Source of the DNA: Pseudoalteromonas translucida KMM 520
GTDB lineage: Bacteria; Pseudomonadota; Gammaproteobacteria; Enterobacterales; Alteromonadaceae
Direction of reading: 5' to 3'
Length of the DNA stretch: 32,000 nt
Assembly (NCBI RefSeq): GCF_001465295.1
Contig: NZ_CP011034.1
Span: forward strand, 210,001-242,000
Below the pieces are notes generated by a model. That model did no database searches. It was not told where the DNA came from and saw only the letters and a program-made list of their open reading frames with translations. Positions 31,652 through 32,000 of the stretch are shown piece after piece. Position numbers and translations under genes: made by a program. How positions within the stretch are numbered: the stretch's first letter is position 1; each line of letters starts with the position of its first letter.

Positions 31652-32000
31652 ATGGAACAGCAAGTTCAACAATTTAAACATTTTATAAGCCGTTTACCGC
31701 ATGCCAAATTGAGTGCGGTTGTTACATTATTAGTTGTTGTTTATATTGCTTTTTTATCGTCTAAACTCGTTTGGCTTATGTGGCCAAATCCTATTGTGTC
31801 ACCACTCACGCCAATCTACTACGGACAACATTCAACTGCAGCAAGTAACAATTACTCTCAACATATAATTGAGCAATTTATATTTGGTAAAATAATTGTT
31901 AAAAGCAAGAGCGATGATCACGCTGCAAAAGTTGTAAATGATGCCCCTGAAACGCGCTTAAGTATTAACCTTACTGGTATTGTTGCAGTAAGTAACGACG
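31652..32000 (+). CDS. gspC: Type II secretion system protein C, 5' part (runs off the window)
   Basis: ATG at 31652 opens a frame that continues to the window end: MEQQVQQFKHFISRLPHAKLSAVVTLLVVVYIAFLSSKLVWLMWP...APETRLSINLTGIVAVS. The N-terminal TM anchor plus the ETRL.L.LTG(I/V)V HR-domain signature is typical of GspC/EpsC. Confidence 0.6.
   Translation, partial: MEQQVQQFKHFISRLPHAKLSAVVTLLVVVYIAFLSSKLVWLMWPNPIVSPLTPIYYGQHSTAASNNYSQHIIEQFIFGKIIVKSKSDDHAAKVVNDAPETRLSINLTGIVAVSND

Noticed and set aside
1-32000. The expectation that the window hides a defence island, mobile element or other novel multi-gene system
   Set aside because: Every ORF of 150 aa or more, apart from antisense shadows, is a recognisable housekeeping gene, except one 166-aa orphan. 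I see no integrase, transposase or recombinase, no IS inverted repeats with target duplications, no CRISPR-like spaced repeats, and no phage or toxin-antitoxin gene pairs. Claiming a system would not be supported by the sequence.

Overview
This window is almost entirely conserved core genome from a low-GC (about 40%) marine gammaproteobacterium. Gene order and protein sequences look Alteromonadales-like, possibly Pseudoalteromonas, but that is a judgement from memory and not a search. Left to right: a truncated CDS tail; an SdaC-like serine transporter (-); a GNAT acetyltransferase (+); a tightly packed minus-strand sulfate-assimilation cluster cysG-cysD-cysN-(SLC13/TrkA-C permease)-cysC-cysQ; deoC plus an overlapping orphan 166-aa ORF (+). 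Then comes the 16.6-kb plus-strand expression cluster tRNA-Trp-secE-nusG-rplK-rplA-rplJ-rplL-rpoB-rpoC-rpsL-rpsG-fusA-tuf, followed by pckA, hslO and hslR (-) and the 5' end of gspC (+). I see no CRISPR array, integrase, transposase, IS ends, prophage genes, or recognisable defence or toxin-antitoxin modules, so I cannot support a claim that a novel multi-gene system is here. The leads worth a second look are small: (1) the orphan ORF at 10459-10959, which overlaps deoC by 11 nt and is G+C-richer than it; (2) two unusually long perfect palindromes, at 9536-9578 in the divergent cysG/deoC spacer and at 30051-30100 between hslO and pckA; (3) a promoter-nested-in-terminator layout seen twice, at nusG/rplK and rplA/rplJ; (4) an uncharacterised SLC13/TrkA-C permease and cysQ embedded in the cys cluster. 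All other long ORFs in the track are antisense shadows of the real genes.
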